DNA from: Verrucomicrobiota bacterium
GTDB lineage: Bacteria; Verrucomicrobiota; Verrucomicrobiia; Opitutales; Cerasicoccaceae
Length of the DNA stretch: 64,000 bases
NCBI GenBank assembly: GCA_039818205.1
Contig: JBCBUK010000013.1
Coordinates: forward strand, 1 to 64,000
Direction of reading: 5' to 3'
Position numbers and translations under genes: made by a program. Position 1 is the first letter of the stretch, and every line of letters starts with the position of its first letter. The notes beneath the pieces are model-generated. The model did no database searches. It was given only the letters and a program-made list of their open reading frames with translations, and was not told where the DNA came from. Shown here piece after piece: positions 47,734 to 58,511 of the stretch.

Positions 47734-48924
47734 ATGGACCCACTGAAGATTGCGATTCTCTCCCGCGCCCCTCGCTGTTACAGTACTCGACGTTTACGTG
47801 AAGCATGCAATCAACATGGCCACTTACCCAAGGTACTCGACCCGCTGAAGTTCGGTCTCTACGTCGAATCACGCAACCCAACCGCAACCTTCCGTTCACG
47901 ACGATTGAGTGAGTATGACGCGGTGATTCCCCGCATTGGGGCTTCAGTCACATTCTATGGTGCCGCGGTGGTCCGCCAGTTTGAACAAATGGGCGTTTGG
48001 AGCGCGAACACATCGCAGGCGATCATTGTATCCCGTGACAAGTTGCGCTCACTTCAGGTTCTCAGCCGCTACGACCTGGGCATTGCTCCATCGGCCTTCG
48101 TCCGGGATCGAAAAGACGTCCTCCCAGCAATTGAGCGCGTTGGCGGCGCCCCGGTCATCATCAAACTCCTTGAAGGCACGCAAGGCGTTGGTGTGATCCT
48201 CGCCGATTCAATCAAGATTGCCGAAGCCATCATCGAAACACTGCAGTCGAAGTCACTCAACGTGCTGATCCAGAAATTCGTGGCCGAGAGCCGAGGTAAG
48301 GACATCCGCGCCTTTGTGGTCGGAGACCGTGTCGTGGCCGCCATGCGCCGGATGGCCGTTGGCTCGGAGTTTCGCAGCAACGTTCACCGCGGTGGCAACA
48401 CTGAGAAAGTCGAGCTGTCCGAAGAGTATGAGCGCACGGCGGTGCGCTCCGCTCAGATTCTCGGTCTGCGGGTTGCTGGAGTCGATATGTTGGAGGGCGA
48501 GAACGGCCCGGTCATCATGGAGGTAAATTCTTCGCCTGGCCTGGAAGGCATCGAAACCGTGACCAAGGTCGATGTCGCCGGAGCGATTGTGGAGTATCTG
48601 GTCGAGAATGTTCGCTTTGATGACCTGGACCTTCGCCAGCGCCTGGGCTTGGCCCGTGGGTTTCAGGTCGCCGAGTTTACGGTGGGAAGTCATTCGGAGC
48701 TCGAGGGGAAATCGATTGGTGGGAGCGGTCTGCGTGAGCGCGATGTCATCGTCCTGAGTATTAACCGAAGTGGACAAGTGATCGCAGCTCCCAAGGGCGA
48801 CGATATGATTCAAGCGGGCGACGTCCTGCTCTGCTACGGACGGAAAAACACCCTCCAGGATTATCTACCGCTGAAAAAACACCCGAAGAAGAAGCGTAAA
48901 AAGAAGAAGGATAACGATGCCTGA
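47734..48924 (+). CDS. rimK: RimK family ATP-grasp glutamate ligase with C-terminal TrkA-C (RCK_C) domain
   Basis: 'YSTRRL', 'IPRIGAS', 'EGTQGVGV', 'EFRSNVHRGG', 'EVNSSPGLEGIE', then 'SELEGKSIG..LRER.VIVLSINR..I.APKGD..IQAGDVLLCYG'. Confidence 0.92.
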   Translation: MDPLKIAILSRAPRCYSTRRLREACNQHGHLPKVLDPLKFGLYVESRNPTATFRSRRLSEYDAVIPRIGASVTFYGAAVVRQFEQMGVWSANTSQAIIVSRDKLRSLQVLSRYDLGIAPSAFVRDRKDVLPAIERVGGAPVIIKLLEGTQGVGVILADSIKIAEAIIETLQSKSLNVLIQKFVAESRGKDIRAFVVGDRVVAAMRRMAVGSEFRSNVHRGGNTEKVELSEEYERTAVRSAQILGLRVAGVDMLEGENGPVIMEVNSSPGLEGIETVTKVDVAGAIVEYLVENVRFDDLDLRQRLGLARGFQVAEFTVGSHSELEGKSIGGSGLRERDVIVLSINRSGQVIAAPKGDDMIQAGDVLLCYGRKNTLQDYLPLKKHPKKKRKKKKDNDA

Positions 48925-50017
48925 CCTCGTTAAGCTAACGCCTAATGCCAAAGCCGAGACGATTCGATTGGGCGGCAAAGAAATTTCCCCGGGCGAGTCC
49001 AAGAGCGTCCGCCTGAAGATTTCGGAAACCTATACGGGTGATGAGATCGCTCTTCCCGTGCGCGTTATCAATGCGCGCAAAACGGGACCGAAGGTATTTG
49101 TTTCGGCGGCTATTCATGGCGATGAGATCAACGGTACGGGCATTGTCCATGATCTGCTCTACGATGAGCCGCTCGATATCCATGCCGGTGCCCTATTCTT
49201 GATTCCGGTCGTTAATGTGTTCGGTTTCGAGACCCATGAGCGTTACCTCCCTGATCGGCGAGATCTCAACCGTTCCTTTCCAGGCAGCGAATCCGGTAGC
49301 TTGGCCGCCCGGATTGCATCAATTTTCATGCGCGAGATCGTCCAGCAATGCGACTATGGGATTGATCTGCACTCCGCCGCTTTTCAGCGAACCAACTATC
49401 CGAATATCCGCGCAGACTTGTCCTCGCCAGCGGTCCGCAAGCTGGCCCTGGCATTTGGCTGTTCCCTGATTGTCGACGGAAAGGGCCCCGAAGGTGCGCT
49501 TCGACGCGAGGCCTGCAAAGCTGGTTGTCCCACCATTATTCTTGAAGCCGGTGAGCCCTGGAAAATGGAGCCCGGTATTCTGGAATTGGGTGTTCGGGGT
49601 ATTCGCAATGTGTTGAAAGAATTGGATATGCTGGCGGGCGAAATCGTGCCGCCTCCCTACCAGATTCGCTCGAAGAAGACCGTTTGGGTCCGGGCAGAAG
49701 TGGGCGGGATACTCCGCTACCACATCGGAGCTGGTGAATGGGTCGAAGAAGGTCAGCCCATCGCGACCAATTACTCCATTCTGGGAAAAGCCCAATATAC
49801 CTTGGTTAGCCCGGCGGATGGCGTCATTTTGAGTTTGGCAACCTTGCCTGCGGTCAAACCTGGCGAACCAGTGGTCCACATTTCAGTTCCGACGAGCAAT
49901 AAGCGAGCTCTCAAGAAGAAGTTGAGCCGCCACCAAGGCCTGAGTGCCCGGGTCCGGCAGGATTTAGCCACAAACATCGCTCTGACCAAACACGACGCCT
50001 ACGACGCGACCGACTAA
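48917..50017 (+). CDS. Succinylglutamate desuccinylase/aspartoacylase family (M14) protein
   Basis: 'AAIHGDEING', 'RRDLNRSFPG', 'IDLHS', 'LEAGE'. Confidence 0.9.
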   Translation: MPDLVKLTPNAKAETIRLGGKEISPGESKSVRLKISETYTGDEIALPVRVINARKTGPKVFVSAAIHGDEINGTGIVHDLLYDEPLDIHAGALFLIPVVNVFGFETHERYLPDRRDLNRSFPGSESGSLAARIASIFMREIVQQCDYGIDLHSAAFQRTNYPNIRADLSSPAVRKLALAFGCSLIVDGKGPEGALRREACKAGCPTIILEAGEPWKMEPGILELGVRGIRNVLKELDMLAGEIVPPPYQIRSKKTVWVRAEVGGILRYHIGAGEWVEEGQPIATNYSILGKAQYTLVSPADGVILSLATLPAVKPGEPVVHISVPTSNKRALKKKLSRHQGLSARVRQDLATNIALTKHDAYDATD

Positions 50018-50060
50018 ATTTTGGGAACCCAAATGGCCATCGGCGGTCCACACCTAAACT

Positions 50061-50204
50061 ATGATCAAGAAAACCATCGCAATTTTATCCGTCGTCGCAT
50101 TCTCAGCAGCCATCGCTTCGGCGTGTCCATGCAAGGGCGGCGATAAAGGCAAAGACGGCGGTAAAACTGGCGTCACGAGCGAATACAGCGTTTCTGCTCG
50201 CTAG
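50061..50204 (+). CDS. Small secreted peptide or lipoprotein (47 aa, absent from the ORF track)
   Basis: MIKKTIAILSVVAFSAAIASA|CPCKGGDKGKDGGKTGVTSEYSVSAR; clear signal peptide. Confidence 0.65.
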   Translation: MIKKTIAILSVVAFSAAIASACPCKGGDKGKDGGKTGVTSEYSVSAR

Positions 50205-50211
50205 AAGCCGT

Positions 50212-50964
50212 CTACAGATTTTTTTCTGCCATCAAAGCCGCACCGGTAATCCCGGCGCGGTTTTTTAGTGTCGCGAAATGAAGGGGGCAGGGTGATTTTA
50301 GATAGTCTTCTATCTTGTCTCCTCGTTTTGCAAGTCCCCCGCCAACAATGATTTCTGAAGGCCGAGTAATGAAGTGGATCGCCTCCAGGAACTGGTTGAA
50401 TCGACCGGTCCAGTCGGACCAACTCAGATCCTTCTTCTTGCGAACGGAATCAGCAGCGTAGTGCTCGGCTTTGCCGAATTTTCCGTCATGATACTCCATG
50501 ATCATGTGGCCAAACTCGGTATTTTCCACGAGTTTTCCATCCGTGAACAATGCTGAACCGATGCCTGTGCCGATGGTAAGGAAGAGCATAACACCGGTTT
50601 TGTCTTGGCCGGCTCCAAAGCGCATTTCGGCGACGCCAGCCGCGTCGGCATCATTGATTAGGTAGGCAGGTTGTCCAAAAATATCGGCTAAATCTTTGCC
50701 TAATTCTTTGCCAATTAGAGACTTGTGGAGGTTTGCTGCAGTTTGGATCTGCTGGCCCTGGATAACGCCGGGAAATCCGCATCCCACGGGCCCCTTCCAC
50801 TGAAAGTGATCGGCGATCTGGCTCAGCGTCTCCATGATCGCTTCGTATTTCGCCGGTTGAGGTGTCTCTATTCGGTGACGTTCCGAAACCCACTCGCCAG
50901 TTGCCGTGTCGACCACCGATGCTTTAATTCCTGATCCGCCGATATCGATACCGAGTAGCTCCAT
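50212..50964 (-). CDS. ppgK: Polyphosphate glucokinase (ROK family)
   Basis: 'GIDIGGSGIK', 'RIETPQP', 'NDADAAGVAE', 'GTGIGSALF', 'NTEFGH'. Confidence 0.9.
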   Translation of the reverse strand: MELLGIDIGGSGIKASVVDTATGEWVSERHRIETPQPAKYEAIMETLSQIADHFQWKGPVGCGFPGVIQGQQIQTAANLHKSLIGKELGKDLADIFGQPAYLINDADAAGVAEMRFGAGQDKTGVMLFLTIGTGIGSALFTDGKLVENTEFGHMIMEYHDGKFGKAEHYAADSVRKKKDLSWSDWTGRFNQFLEAIHFITRPSEIIVGGGLAKRGDKIEDYLKSPCPLHFATLKNRAGITGAALMAEKNL

Positions 50965-51167
50965 GATTTGTCGTATTTAATTTTGTCGGATCGGCCTCAT
51001 TCACTGTTGACCAAGCCGTTTTACCTAACATCGTCATCATTAGTGAATTCGATCACTATGCGCAAGTCTCACAACCACCATTTTGGTTTGCTCGTAATTT
51101 GCTTGAATTTGCTCAACCCGATTGCTAACGTCTCGCTTAAACATCCACTTCCACAATTTTGTTGATC

Positions 51168-52004
51168 ATGAAATTCCTGAAAGTTGCAACCCTAGCAGCG
51201 GTTACCGCGCTGTTCCTTTCTAATGCCGCTCAAGCTCAAGAAAAGGTCGGCATCATCAAGGCATTCCTCGTTAAGGGAAATGTCTCCTTGGTTAACAACG
51301 CCACTGGCGCAACCGAGCCACTCTCTCGCGGTCGGGAATTTAACCAAGGCTACACCGTCGTCACCGGCTCGGACTCCACCGCACTCCTTTTGTTCTCCAA
51401 TGGCGCATCGATTAACGTTTCGCCTGACTCCAAACTCAACGTTACCGAGTTTGAACAAGCGGCTTACGATCCAGAGCTTGGCAGCTTCCTCCGCCTGAAG
51501 GCTGACCCAAGTGTCTCGAAGACCGTCACCAATCTCGAATACGGTGAAGTCATCGGTGAGGTTCGCAAGCTCTCCGCTGGTTCTTCTTACACGGTCAACA
51601 CTCCAGTTGCATCCGCAGGTATCCGCGGAACCGTTTGGGTCGTGAGCTTCAACCCAACCACCGGTCGTTTCGAAACCACCAATGTAACCGGTGATGTGTT
51701 TGTGACGCTTTCATCCGGTCAAGTTATTCCAGTTCCCGCGGAGCAGACCTACGTTTTGGTCAATTTCAATGGCGCTCTTGAAAGTGCAAATCCGGCAGCG
51801 CTCGCCAGAGCCCGTCAGTTCTTGCGCATTGTTGAGTTCTTCAACCGCAACGTTCCTTCGATCCCACCAATCATTGTTGACCCGAACACCGCGGTCATCA
51901 CTCAGGACACCGGTGAAGTTCCTTCGGAGAACATCCCAGTCCCTAGCGTAGGTAACGGACCGACTCCGACTACTACGCCTACGTCAACCGATGACGTTGA
52001 GTAA
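51168..52004 (+). CDS. FecR-domain exported protein
   Basis: Signal peptide, 'VVTGSDS', 'VNTPVASAGIRGT'. Confidence 0.8.
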   Translation: MKFLKVATLAAVTALFLSNAAQAQEKVGIIKAFLVKGNVSLVNNATGATEPLSRGREFNQGYTVVTGSDSTALLLFSNGASINVSPDSKLNVTEFEQAAYDPELGSFLRLKADPSVSKTVTNLEYGEVIGEVRKLSAGSSYTVNTPVASAGIRGTVWVVSFNPTTGRFETTNVTGDVFVTLSSGQVIPVPAEQTYVLVNFNGALESANPAALARARQFLRIVEFFNRNVPSIPPIIVDPNTAVITQDTGEVPSENIPVPSVGNGPTPTTTPTSTDDVE

Positions 52005-52026
52005 ATTCGGATCGTAAAGTTTTTCG

Positions 52027-52054
52027 AAAACCCCGGATACGTCCGGGGTTTTTT
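52027..52054 (+). terminator. Intrinsic terminator
   Basis: AAAA-CCCCGGA-TACG-TCCGGGG-TTTTTT. Confidence 0.85.
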
Positions 52055-52111
52055 GTTGGCAGATGCTTTGCGCGAGTTGACAGATGAACGTTTCCGCAGA
52101 TGCTTCTTCTC

Positions 52112-52675
52112 ATGTCTGAGCCTGAAGCGCCGTTTTTAATCATCAGTTCCAGCCTTAACCCGAGTAGCCGTAGCCGGATCCTTGCGAATGCGGTTCGCCA
52201 TGACCTGGAAAGCGCAGGGGAGCCGGTTGACTGGGTTGATTTGGCGGAAGTCGAGCTTCCGCTTTGTGATGGCGGTGCAGCCTATGGACACGAAAACGTG
52301 TCAATACTGACCGAGCGGATCCTGGCTGCGCGGGGGATATTGGTGGCGACCCCAATTTACAATTACACCATCAATGCGGCCTTGAAAAATCTGATTGAGC
52401 TAACGGGGCGAAATTGGACCGGCAAAGTCGTCGGTTTCGCCTGTGCGGCCGGGGGCCAAAGTAGCTACATGGCCGTCCTGCCGGTCGCAAATAGTCTGAT
52501 GGTGGATTTCCGTTGTGTCATCATTCCACGATTTGTTTACGCGACGGGACAGCATTTTGAAGGTCCCGAGATTTCAGACTCCGATTTGCGCGCGCGGGTG
52601 AGCCGTCTCAGTAGTGACCTGGTTCAATTTAGCAATGCGCTGTTTGGCCTGACCGAGCAGGCGCCGGTGGAATAG
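52112..52675 (+). CDS. NADPH-dependent FMN reductase
   Basis: 'SSSLNPSSRS', 'ATPIYNY..AALKN'. Confidence 0.88.
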   Translation: MSEPEAPFLIISSSLNPSSRSRILANAVRHDLESAGEPVDWVDLAEVELPLCDGGAAYGHENVSILTERILAARGILVATPIYNYTINAALKNLIELTGRNWTGKVVGFACAAGGQSSYMAVLPVANSLMVDFRCVIIPRFVYATGQHFEGPEISDSDLRARVSRLSSDLVQFSNALFGLTEQAPVE

Positions 52676-52751
52676 CCCACGCACGCCTGCCCGTTGGCCT
52701 TTCCGGGCCAGTCAATCTGACGAGAAAGCGTGGGGGTGTCGACGCTTGCTC

Positions 52752-53111
52752 CTAGTCTTTTTTCTGAAGGAGGAGTAGCTCCACACGCTTTACTTCGACG
52801 AGGATGCGGTTGGTGTGCATTTCCATCCAAAAGAATACCTTGAGGAAGGCGTTGAGGGCCATGCCGATGACAGCGAGGCCGGCCCAGAGGATCTGGCTAT
52901 GGACGGTCTCTGCGTGGAAGCATTCGATGGCTCCCCAAAGGAAGAGCGCAAAGCCGGTGATTCCATAGAGAAGGCCGACAACATTCACCCATTTGCGCCG
53001 TCCCCGGAACGGGGCAATGGCTTCTTGCATGAGTGAGGGTTGAGCAAACAATTCTTGGCTCTCGTGGGACTCTTTGAGTGCCTGTTGGATTTTTTCGTCG
53101 ATGCTATTCAT
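52752..53111 (-). CDS. Putative membrane anti-sigma factor
   Basis: Two TM helices, 'VKRVEL'; overlaps the ECF sigma gene. Confidence 0.7.
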   Translation of the reverse strand: MNSIDEKIQQALKESHESQELFAQPSLMQEAIAPFRGRRKWVNVVGLLYGITGFALFLWGAIECFHAETVHSQILWAGLAVIGMALNAFLKVFFWMEMHTNRILVEVKRVELLLLQKKD

Positions 53112-53658
53112 TTTGATGCCTTTCTAGATAGTATTTTAGATTTTTTCGGACGGTGAATAGGCGGGATTTAACGGTTCCAGCGGGGATGTTGATTATCTTG
53201 CTGATCTCTTTAATCGTTAATCCGGCCTCGTAAAAAAGTTGGAGTAGCTGCTGATCGCTGGCAGGAAGGGATTGGATGGCTTCGCTGAGGCTGTTCGCTT
53301 GTTCGCTGATCTCCGGGGCATGCTCAGCCGTGAATTCAAGCTCAAGAGAAATTGCATTCGCCTTTGTGCGTTCGCGCTGTTGTTGCCGAATCCAGTCAAT
53401 GGAGCGCCGTCGCACGATGGAAAACGCCCACGCCGGGAAACTGCCTGGCTCCTTTAGGCGATGCAAACTGCGCGCAATGGTGAGCCATGATTCCTGGGTC
53501 ACTTCGTCGGCGCCGTCGCGATCTTTGACGGAGTACCAAGCCATGCGGAGGACATCGTTCGCCCAAAGCTCGCACAGGTCCGTAAAGGCCCGTTGGTCGC
53601 CGGCTTTGGCCTTGATGACCAACAGTTCGGAGAGAACATCTTTGGAATCCCGATTCAT
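53104..53658 (-). CDS. ECF RNA polymerase sigma factor
   Basis: 'ADEVTQESW', 'SFPAW', 'GTVKSRLF'. Confidence 0.92.
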   Translation of the reverse strand: MNRDSKDVLSELLVIKAKAGDQRAFTDLCELWANDVLRMAWYSVKDRDGADEVTQESWLTIARSLHRLKEPGSFPAWAFSIVRRRSIDWIRQQQRERTKANAISLELEFTAEHAPEISEQANSLSEAIQSLPASDQQLLQLFYEAGLTIKEISKIINIPAGTVKSRLFTVRKNLKYYLERHQNE

Positions 53659-53802
53659 GCTTTTACCCTATAAGTCGAATGAAACCATGAACGGGTTCAT
53701 TTTTTCTCAAGGGCGGTATTGATCGCTAGGATGATGGCTCGGTGACACAGCCGCCAGGGAAATACCGCTTGCGGTATCCTGACAAATGAAAAGAATGACC
53801 GG

Positions 53803-54630
53803 ATGCTTTGGGCCACACTATTGCGTTGTTTGTTCCTGATGGTTTTTATCTGTGGAATGCCACTTGGGGTGAATGCTCAGGAAACCGAGATTCAGCAACC
53901 CACGTTTCAACGTCCACTTCCGAAATTTTTGCCTAAAGGCGAGCTGCGGGTTGGAATCAATCCGGAGCAGCCGCCATTGATTTTTATTCAAAACAACCGC
54001 ATCATGGGGCTTGAGGCAGACTTGGCCCGCGCGTTTGCCAAGGACCTTGGCGTGCCGCTTAATTTCGTGGTGATGGAGTTCGAGGAGCTCATTCCAGCGT
54101 TGGTCGCCGGGAAGATCGACATCATTATGTCGGGGATGTCCGAGACCGAAGTGCGTTCCATCAAAATCAATTTTGCCACGCCCTACTTGGCAACCGGGCA
54201 GATGCCCCTGGTCCGCGCAAGCGACCTAACCCGTTACCCGACAACCATGGCACTGCTCAATACACAGGTGCGAGTCGGTGTCGAAGAGGGGACGACTGGA
54301 GATTTCTACGTGCGAGAAAATTTTCGCTATTGTGAACGGATCCCTTTCAAAGATATCCAGGCGGCCTCGGATGCCTTGGCAGCCGAACGTCTTGGAATGG
54401 TGATTGCGGATGCTCCGACGGTTTGGTGGCTCGCCGCGGAGCGCGAGGCAGCCGGCCTCGCACCAGTCCGTGCTTTACTGTCGCGAGAACTCATTAGCTG
54501 GGGCATCAGCAAAACCAATCCGGATCTCCAGATGGCGGCGGATTCGTTTTTGGTCCACCTTCAAGGGAGCGGCCAGCTTGACCAGATGATCGGTCGCTGG
54601 TTGCCTTACTTGGAGGCGATGAAGCGATAG
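53803..54630 (+). CDS. Amino-acid ABC substrate-binding protein (family 3)
   Basis: 'ELRVGI', 'GLEADLA', 'GKIDIIMSGMS.T..R'. Confidence 0.85.
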   Translation: MLWATLLRCLFLMVFICGMPLGVNAQETEIQQPTFQRPLPKFLPKGELRVGINPEQPPLIFIQNNRIMGLEADLARAFAKDLGVPLNFVVMEFEELIPALVAGKIDIIMSGMSETEVRSIKINFATPYLATGQMPLVRASDLTRYPTTMALLNTQVRVGVEEGTTGDFYVRENFRYCERIPFKDIQAASDALAAERLGMVIADAPTVWWLAAEREAAGLAPVRALLSRELISWGISKTNPDLQMAADSFLVHLQGSGQLDQMIGRWLPYLEAMKR

Positions 54631-54638
54631 TCCGCGGG

Positions 54639-57600
54639 TTACTTCTTGCGGTCCCACTTCGGACGAGGCGGATCGGCGAGGGCGCTGGCTTTACCGTGGA
54701 CGTGTCGGACTCCCGGTTTCGCCCGCAAGTTCTTGAACGCATCGGGACGAATCTGGCAATTGAGTGAGTTTGCCAGGTCGGCATGGAATGCGCGGTTGGG
54801 TGCTGTTAGGATGGCGAGCTTCACGCTGGTTGGGCCCTCATTATCCTGGAGATACTCCGACAGGTCTTGAGCGAAATTGTCGAGGCACTGCGGATCGTTA
54901 TCCACATAGAACGTAACCGACTCAATGAAGGCCGATAGGGTTGACTCAAGCCGAGCAATTCGGCTGCCATTCAGGCGGACCTCTTCGCGATCGCTGTCGT
55001 ATCGGATTTCTCCCTCCACGCATACGACTGCTCCGTTTTCAAGGTGCTGCATGTTTTGCTCGTAGGCATCCGGGAAGATATTGATCTGGTAGGCCGCACG
55101 TCGTGTTGAAAGCGTAAAGAACGCCCATGGTCGGTTGTCCTTCTTCGTGAGCTTCTTGGCAATGTTGTTAATCACGCCGCAGAGCCGGAAACTTTCGCGG
55201 TCCCATTGCTTGAGATCTTCATCCGGGCCAAAGCTATTGATGATATCGTCCAGTCCCGCGTAGGCATTCATCGGATGTCCGGAAACGTAGAAGCCCAGCA
55301 ATTCCTTTTCGGCCTGGAGCTTGTCGGTTTGCGTCATCTTTGGGCCGCGCGTGTTGTAGTGGTTGACGGAATCGGTGCTGGTTGTTTCCGCTTCAGGGGC
55401 GCCGAGTAGGTCGAACAGATTCGCTTGGCCCGACTCCCGGTCTTTTTGTAAGTCGGCGACCTCTGCCAGAATTCCTTCCAATGACTCGAGTAAGTGTTGG
55501 CGGTCGATCTTCGAGTAGTCGAAGGCTCCGGTTTTGATCAAGCATTCGACCACGCGTCGGTTGACCGCCTTGAGATCGACGCGTGAGGCGAAGTCATGAA
55601 AGTCTTCGAAGGGGCCGTTGGCATCGCGATCGGCTAAGATGACTTTCGCTGCCGCATCGCCAACGCCCTTGATCGCGGACATCCCAAAGCGAATGCGCCC
55701 GGTTTGGTCGTCGTCGGCTTTTTGTGTTTGTTCGCCCTGGACCGGCGTAAACATCTCGCGCGATTCATTGATGTCTGGCCCCAGGACTTCGATCTTCATG
55801 CTTTCAGCCTCTTCAATGAAATGAGAGACTTTGTCGGCATTCCCGAGCTCCGATGACAAGACCGCCGCCATGAACTCCGTGGGGAAATTGGCTTTCAGGT
55901 AAGCCGTCCGGTAGGACAACATCGCATAGGCGGCCGAGTGCGATTTGTTGAAGCCATATTGCGCAAATTTCTCGAGAATCCCAAAGATCTCTTTGGCTTG
56001 AGACGCGGAGATGTTGTTGTGCTCTTTGGCACCGTTGATGAAAATCTCCTTCTGGGCATCCATCACCGATTTGATCTTTTTGCCCATCGCACGACGCAAA
56101 ATATCCGCACCACCCAGCGTGTAGCCCGCGATAATCTGAGCGCTCTGCATCACCTGCTCTTGGTAGACCAACACACCATAGGTTTCTTCGACGAGCTCCT
56201 TGAGCAGCGGGTGTGGGACCTCGATCGTAGTCCGGTCCTTCTTACCGCGAATATACTGCGGGATGAACTGCATGGGGCCTGGTCGATACAAGGCGATGAG
56301 CGCCACAATCTCGTCGATGGACGAAACCTCGAGCTGACGGCACAACCCTTGCATACCACCGGACTCGAGCTGGAACACGCCGACCGTTTTCGCATTCTTC
56401 AGGAGCTGAAACGTTGCGGGGTCTTCCAGGCTGACCTTTTCAATATCGAATTCCTCGTTGCCAGGTAAGCGACGCACGTTGTCCTGTGCATCGGAAATCA
56501 CCGTCAACGTTTTCAAGCCAAGGAAGTCACACTTAAGTAGCCCAAGGTCCTCACTCGGCCCTTTGGGGTATTGAGTCGTGAGATCGCCTTCCTGCAGCGT
56601 AACCGGAATCAAATTGGTAATCGGCTGGTCCGCGATGATGACCCCGCAAGCATGCTTGCCGGTATTACGCACCATGCCTTCGATGACCTTCCCTTGTTCG
56701 ATGATCTTTTTGGCCACTGGGTTGATCTTCATCTCCGAGCGCAGTTCAGCCGATTTCTCGACCGCATCGTCCAGCGAGATGTTCAATTCATCAGGAACCA
56801 TCTTTGCAATCTTGTCGGCATCGCCGAATGGAATGTCGTTCACACGGGCCAAATCGCGAACAATCATTTTTGCACCAAAGGTACCAAAAGTAATGATGTT
56901 GGCCACACGGTCTTTCCCATACTTATCGCGGACGTAGTTTACCACGTCATCGCGGCGTCGCATGCAGAAGTCGACATCGAAGTCAGGCGGGCTTACCCGC
57001 TCAAGGTTTAGCATCCGTTCGAAGAGCAGCCCGAAGCGGAATGGGTCGATGTCAGTGATCTTCAAGACATAGGCGACCACACAACCAGCGCCGGATCCAC
57101 GTCCTGGACCAACCGGGATGCCGCGGTCCCGTGCCCACTTAATAAAGTCCCAAACGATGAGGAAGTAGTCGATGAATCCGGTGCCAATGATGATCGCAAG
57201 CTCGTAGTCGAGTTGCTCGCACACTTTGTTCTGGTAGGCGCCGTCCGCTGACTCCAAGTCTATCTCGCCGGCTACCAGCGCTCTGCGGAACGCATCGTAG
57301 TCGACATCGTAGCGTTCCTTTACGCCGTCTTTGCAGAGCTCAAAGAGGTAGAGCCCATTCTTACGGAATACAGCACGTTGGTCTTGCGAGAGTTCAATGG
57401 GCTCCTTGCCGTCACGCGTGAGGACGGCGTTTTTACTTTCAACGTAAATGTCGAGAATGCGGTCGAAATTCGCGATATCCTCATTGTAGGTGATCTCGAT
57501 TGGGCGCTCGTAAACGGGGTAGTGGTCCTCGCCGAACGGGAGTTTCACCTCGCACATCTCCGCAACGGCATTGGTGTTGATCAGCGCGTTTGGATCGTAT

Positions 57601-58385
57601 CGATCAAAGACCTGAGCCATCTCTTCGCGGCTCTTCAGGAAAAACTGTTGGCTGTCGTAGCGCATACGTTTTTCCTCATGCAGTTTTGCTCCCGTCTGGA
57701 TACAGATGAGGGAGTCGTGCGGCGCCCAGTCACCCGAGTTGACGTAGTGGACGTCGTTGGTGGCCACGACCTTCAAATCAAACTCTGCGGCAAGCTTCAA
57801 TAGATCGGGGATGATGCGTTGTTGCTCCTCGATCCCGTGATCCATGATCTCAATGAAAAAGAACTCCTTGCCAAAGAGGTCAACGAACCAACCACAGGCG
57901 TCTTTTGCAGCCGCGTAGTCGCCCTTCATCAGGTTTTGCGGAATCACCGCTGCCAAGCAGCCCGAAAAACCAATTAGTCCTTCGGAGTGTTCGGCGAGCT
58001 GGCGGCGAGACACTCGCGGGTTGCGATAAAAGCCTTCCGTGTGTCCAAGGCTCACCAACTTGGTCAGGTTTTGGTAACCCTTGAAGTTCCGGGCGAGCAG
58101 ACCCATGTGGTAGCTTTTCTGCTTGGCCCGCTCTTCATTGACGGTGCCGAGCTCATCTTCAAAAACCATATAGATTTCGCAGCCGAGGAGTGGCTTCACG
58201 CCCGCTTTGTCCGCCTTCTTGTAAAAGTCTGCCAGGCCAAACAGCACACCGTGGTCGGTGATCGCGATTGCCTTCTGGCCCAGTTGCGCCGCCTTCTCAC
58301 AGAGCCGGTCCGTGCGGCTACAGCCGTCGAGCAGGCTGTAGTCGGTATGAACATGTAAGTGGACGAACTCGGGGTCTTTGGACAT
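54639..58385 (-). CDS. dnaE: DNA polymerase III alpha subunit
   Basis: '[13 protein letters not shown]', 'GPGRGSGAG', 'PPDFDVDF', '[11 protein letters not shown]'. Confidence 0.98.
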   Translation of the reverse strand: MSKDPEFVHLHVHTDYSLLDGCSRTDRLCEKAAQLGQKAIAITDHGVLFGLADFYKKADKAGVKPLLGCEIYMVFEDELGTVNEERAKQKSYHMGLLARNFKGYQNLTKLVSLGHTEGFYRNPRVSRRQLAEHSEGLIGFSGCLAAVIPQNLMKGDYAAAKDACGWFVDLFGKEFFFIEIMDHGIEEQQRIIPDLLKLAAEFDLKVVATNDVHYVNSGDWAPHDSLICIQTGAKLHEEKRMRYDSQQFFLKSREEMAQVFDRYDPNALINTNAVAEMCEVKLPFGEDHYPVYERPIEITYNEDIANFDRILDIYVESKNAVLTRDGKEPIELSQDQRAVFRKNGLYLFELCKDGVKERYDVDYDAFRRALVAGEIDLESADGAYQNKVCEQLDYELAIIIGTGFIDYFLIVWDFIKWARDRGIPVGPGRGSGAGCVVAYVLKITDIDPFRFGLLFERMLNLERVSPPDFDVDFCMRRRDDVVNYVRDKYGKDRVANIITFGTFGAKMIVRDLARVNDIPFGDADKIAKMVPDELNISLDDAVEKSAELRSEMKINPVAKKIIEQGKVIEGMVRNTGKHACGVIIADQPITNLIPVTLQEGDLTTQYPKGPSEDLGLLKCDFLGLKTLTVISDAQDNVRRLPGNEEFDIEKVSLEDPATFQLLKNAKTVGVFQLESGGMQGLCRQLEVSSIDEIVALIALYRPGPMQFIPQYIRGKKDRTTIEVPHPLLKELVEETYGVLVYQEQVMQSAQIIAGYTLGGADILRRAMGKKIKSVMDAQKEIFINGAKEHNNISASQAKEIFGILEKFAQYGFNKSHSAAYAMLSYRTAYLKANFPTEFMAAVLSSELGNADKVSHFIEEAESMKIEVLGPDINESREMFTPVQGEQTQKADDDQTGRIRFGMSAIKGVGDAAAKVILADRDANGPFEDFHDFASRVDLKAVNRRVVECLIKTGAFDYSKIDRQHLLESLEGILAEVADLQKDRESGQANLFDLLGAPEAETTSTDSVNHYNTRGPKMTQTDKLQAEKELLGFYVSGHPMNAYAGLDDIINSFGPDEDLKQWDRESFRLCGVINNIAKKLTKKDNRPWAFFTLSTRRAAYQINIFPDAYEQNMQHLENGAVVCVEGEIRYDSDREEVRLNGSRIARLESTLSAFIESVTFYVDNDPQCLDNFAQDLSEYLQDNEGPTSVKLAILTAPNRAFHADLANSLNCQIRPDAFKNLRAKPGVRHVHGKASALADPPRPKWDRKK

Positions 58386-58444
58386 AGATCAACCGACAGA
58401 TTGAGTGAGCTTATCCGAACAATCAAGGCGAAGCGCTTCACGGG

Positions 58445-58465
58445 TTATTCACAGGGTTATTCCCA
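58445..58465. promoter_or_regulatory. Tandem DnaA boxes upstream of dnaE
   Basis: TTATTCACA (58445-58453, consensus TTWTNCACA) and TTATTCCCA (58457-58465, one mismatch). Confidence 0.6.
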
Positions 58466-58511
58466 AGGCATCTGGGTTGCGTTTAAGGCCGAATTTTGAA
58501 TCATGCCCGCC

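Noticed and set aside
57230..57510. Possible intein in dnaE
   Set aside because: The extra segment after the PHP domain is short and lacks intein N-terminal Cys/Ser and C-terminal His-Asn motifs; likely a lineage-specific insertion.
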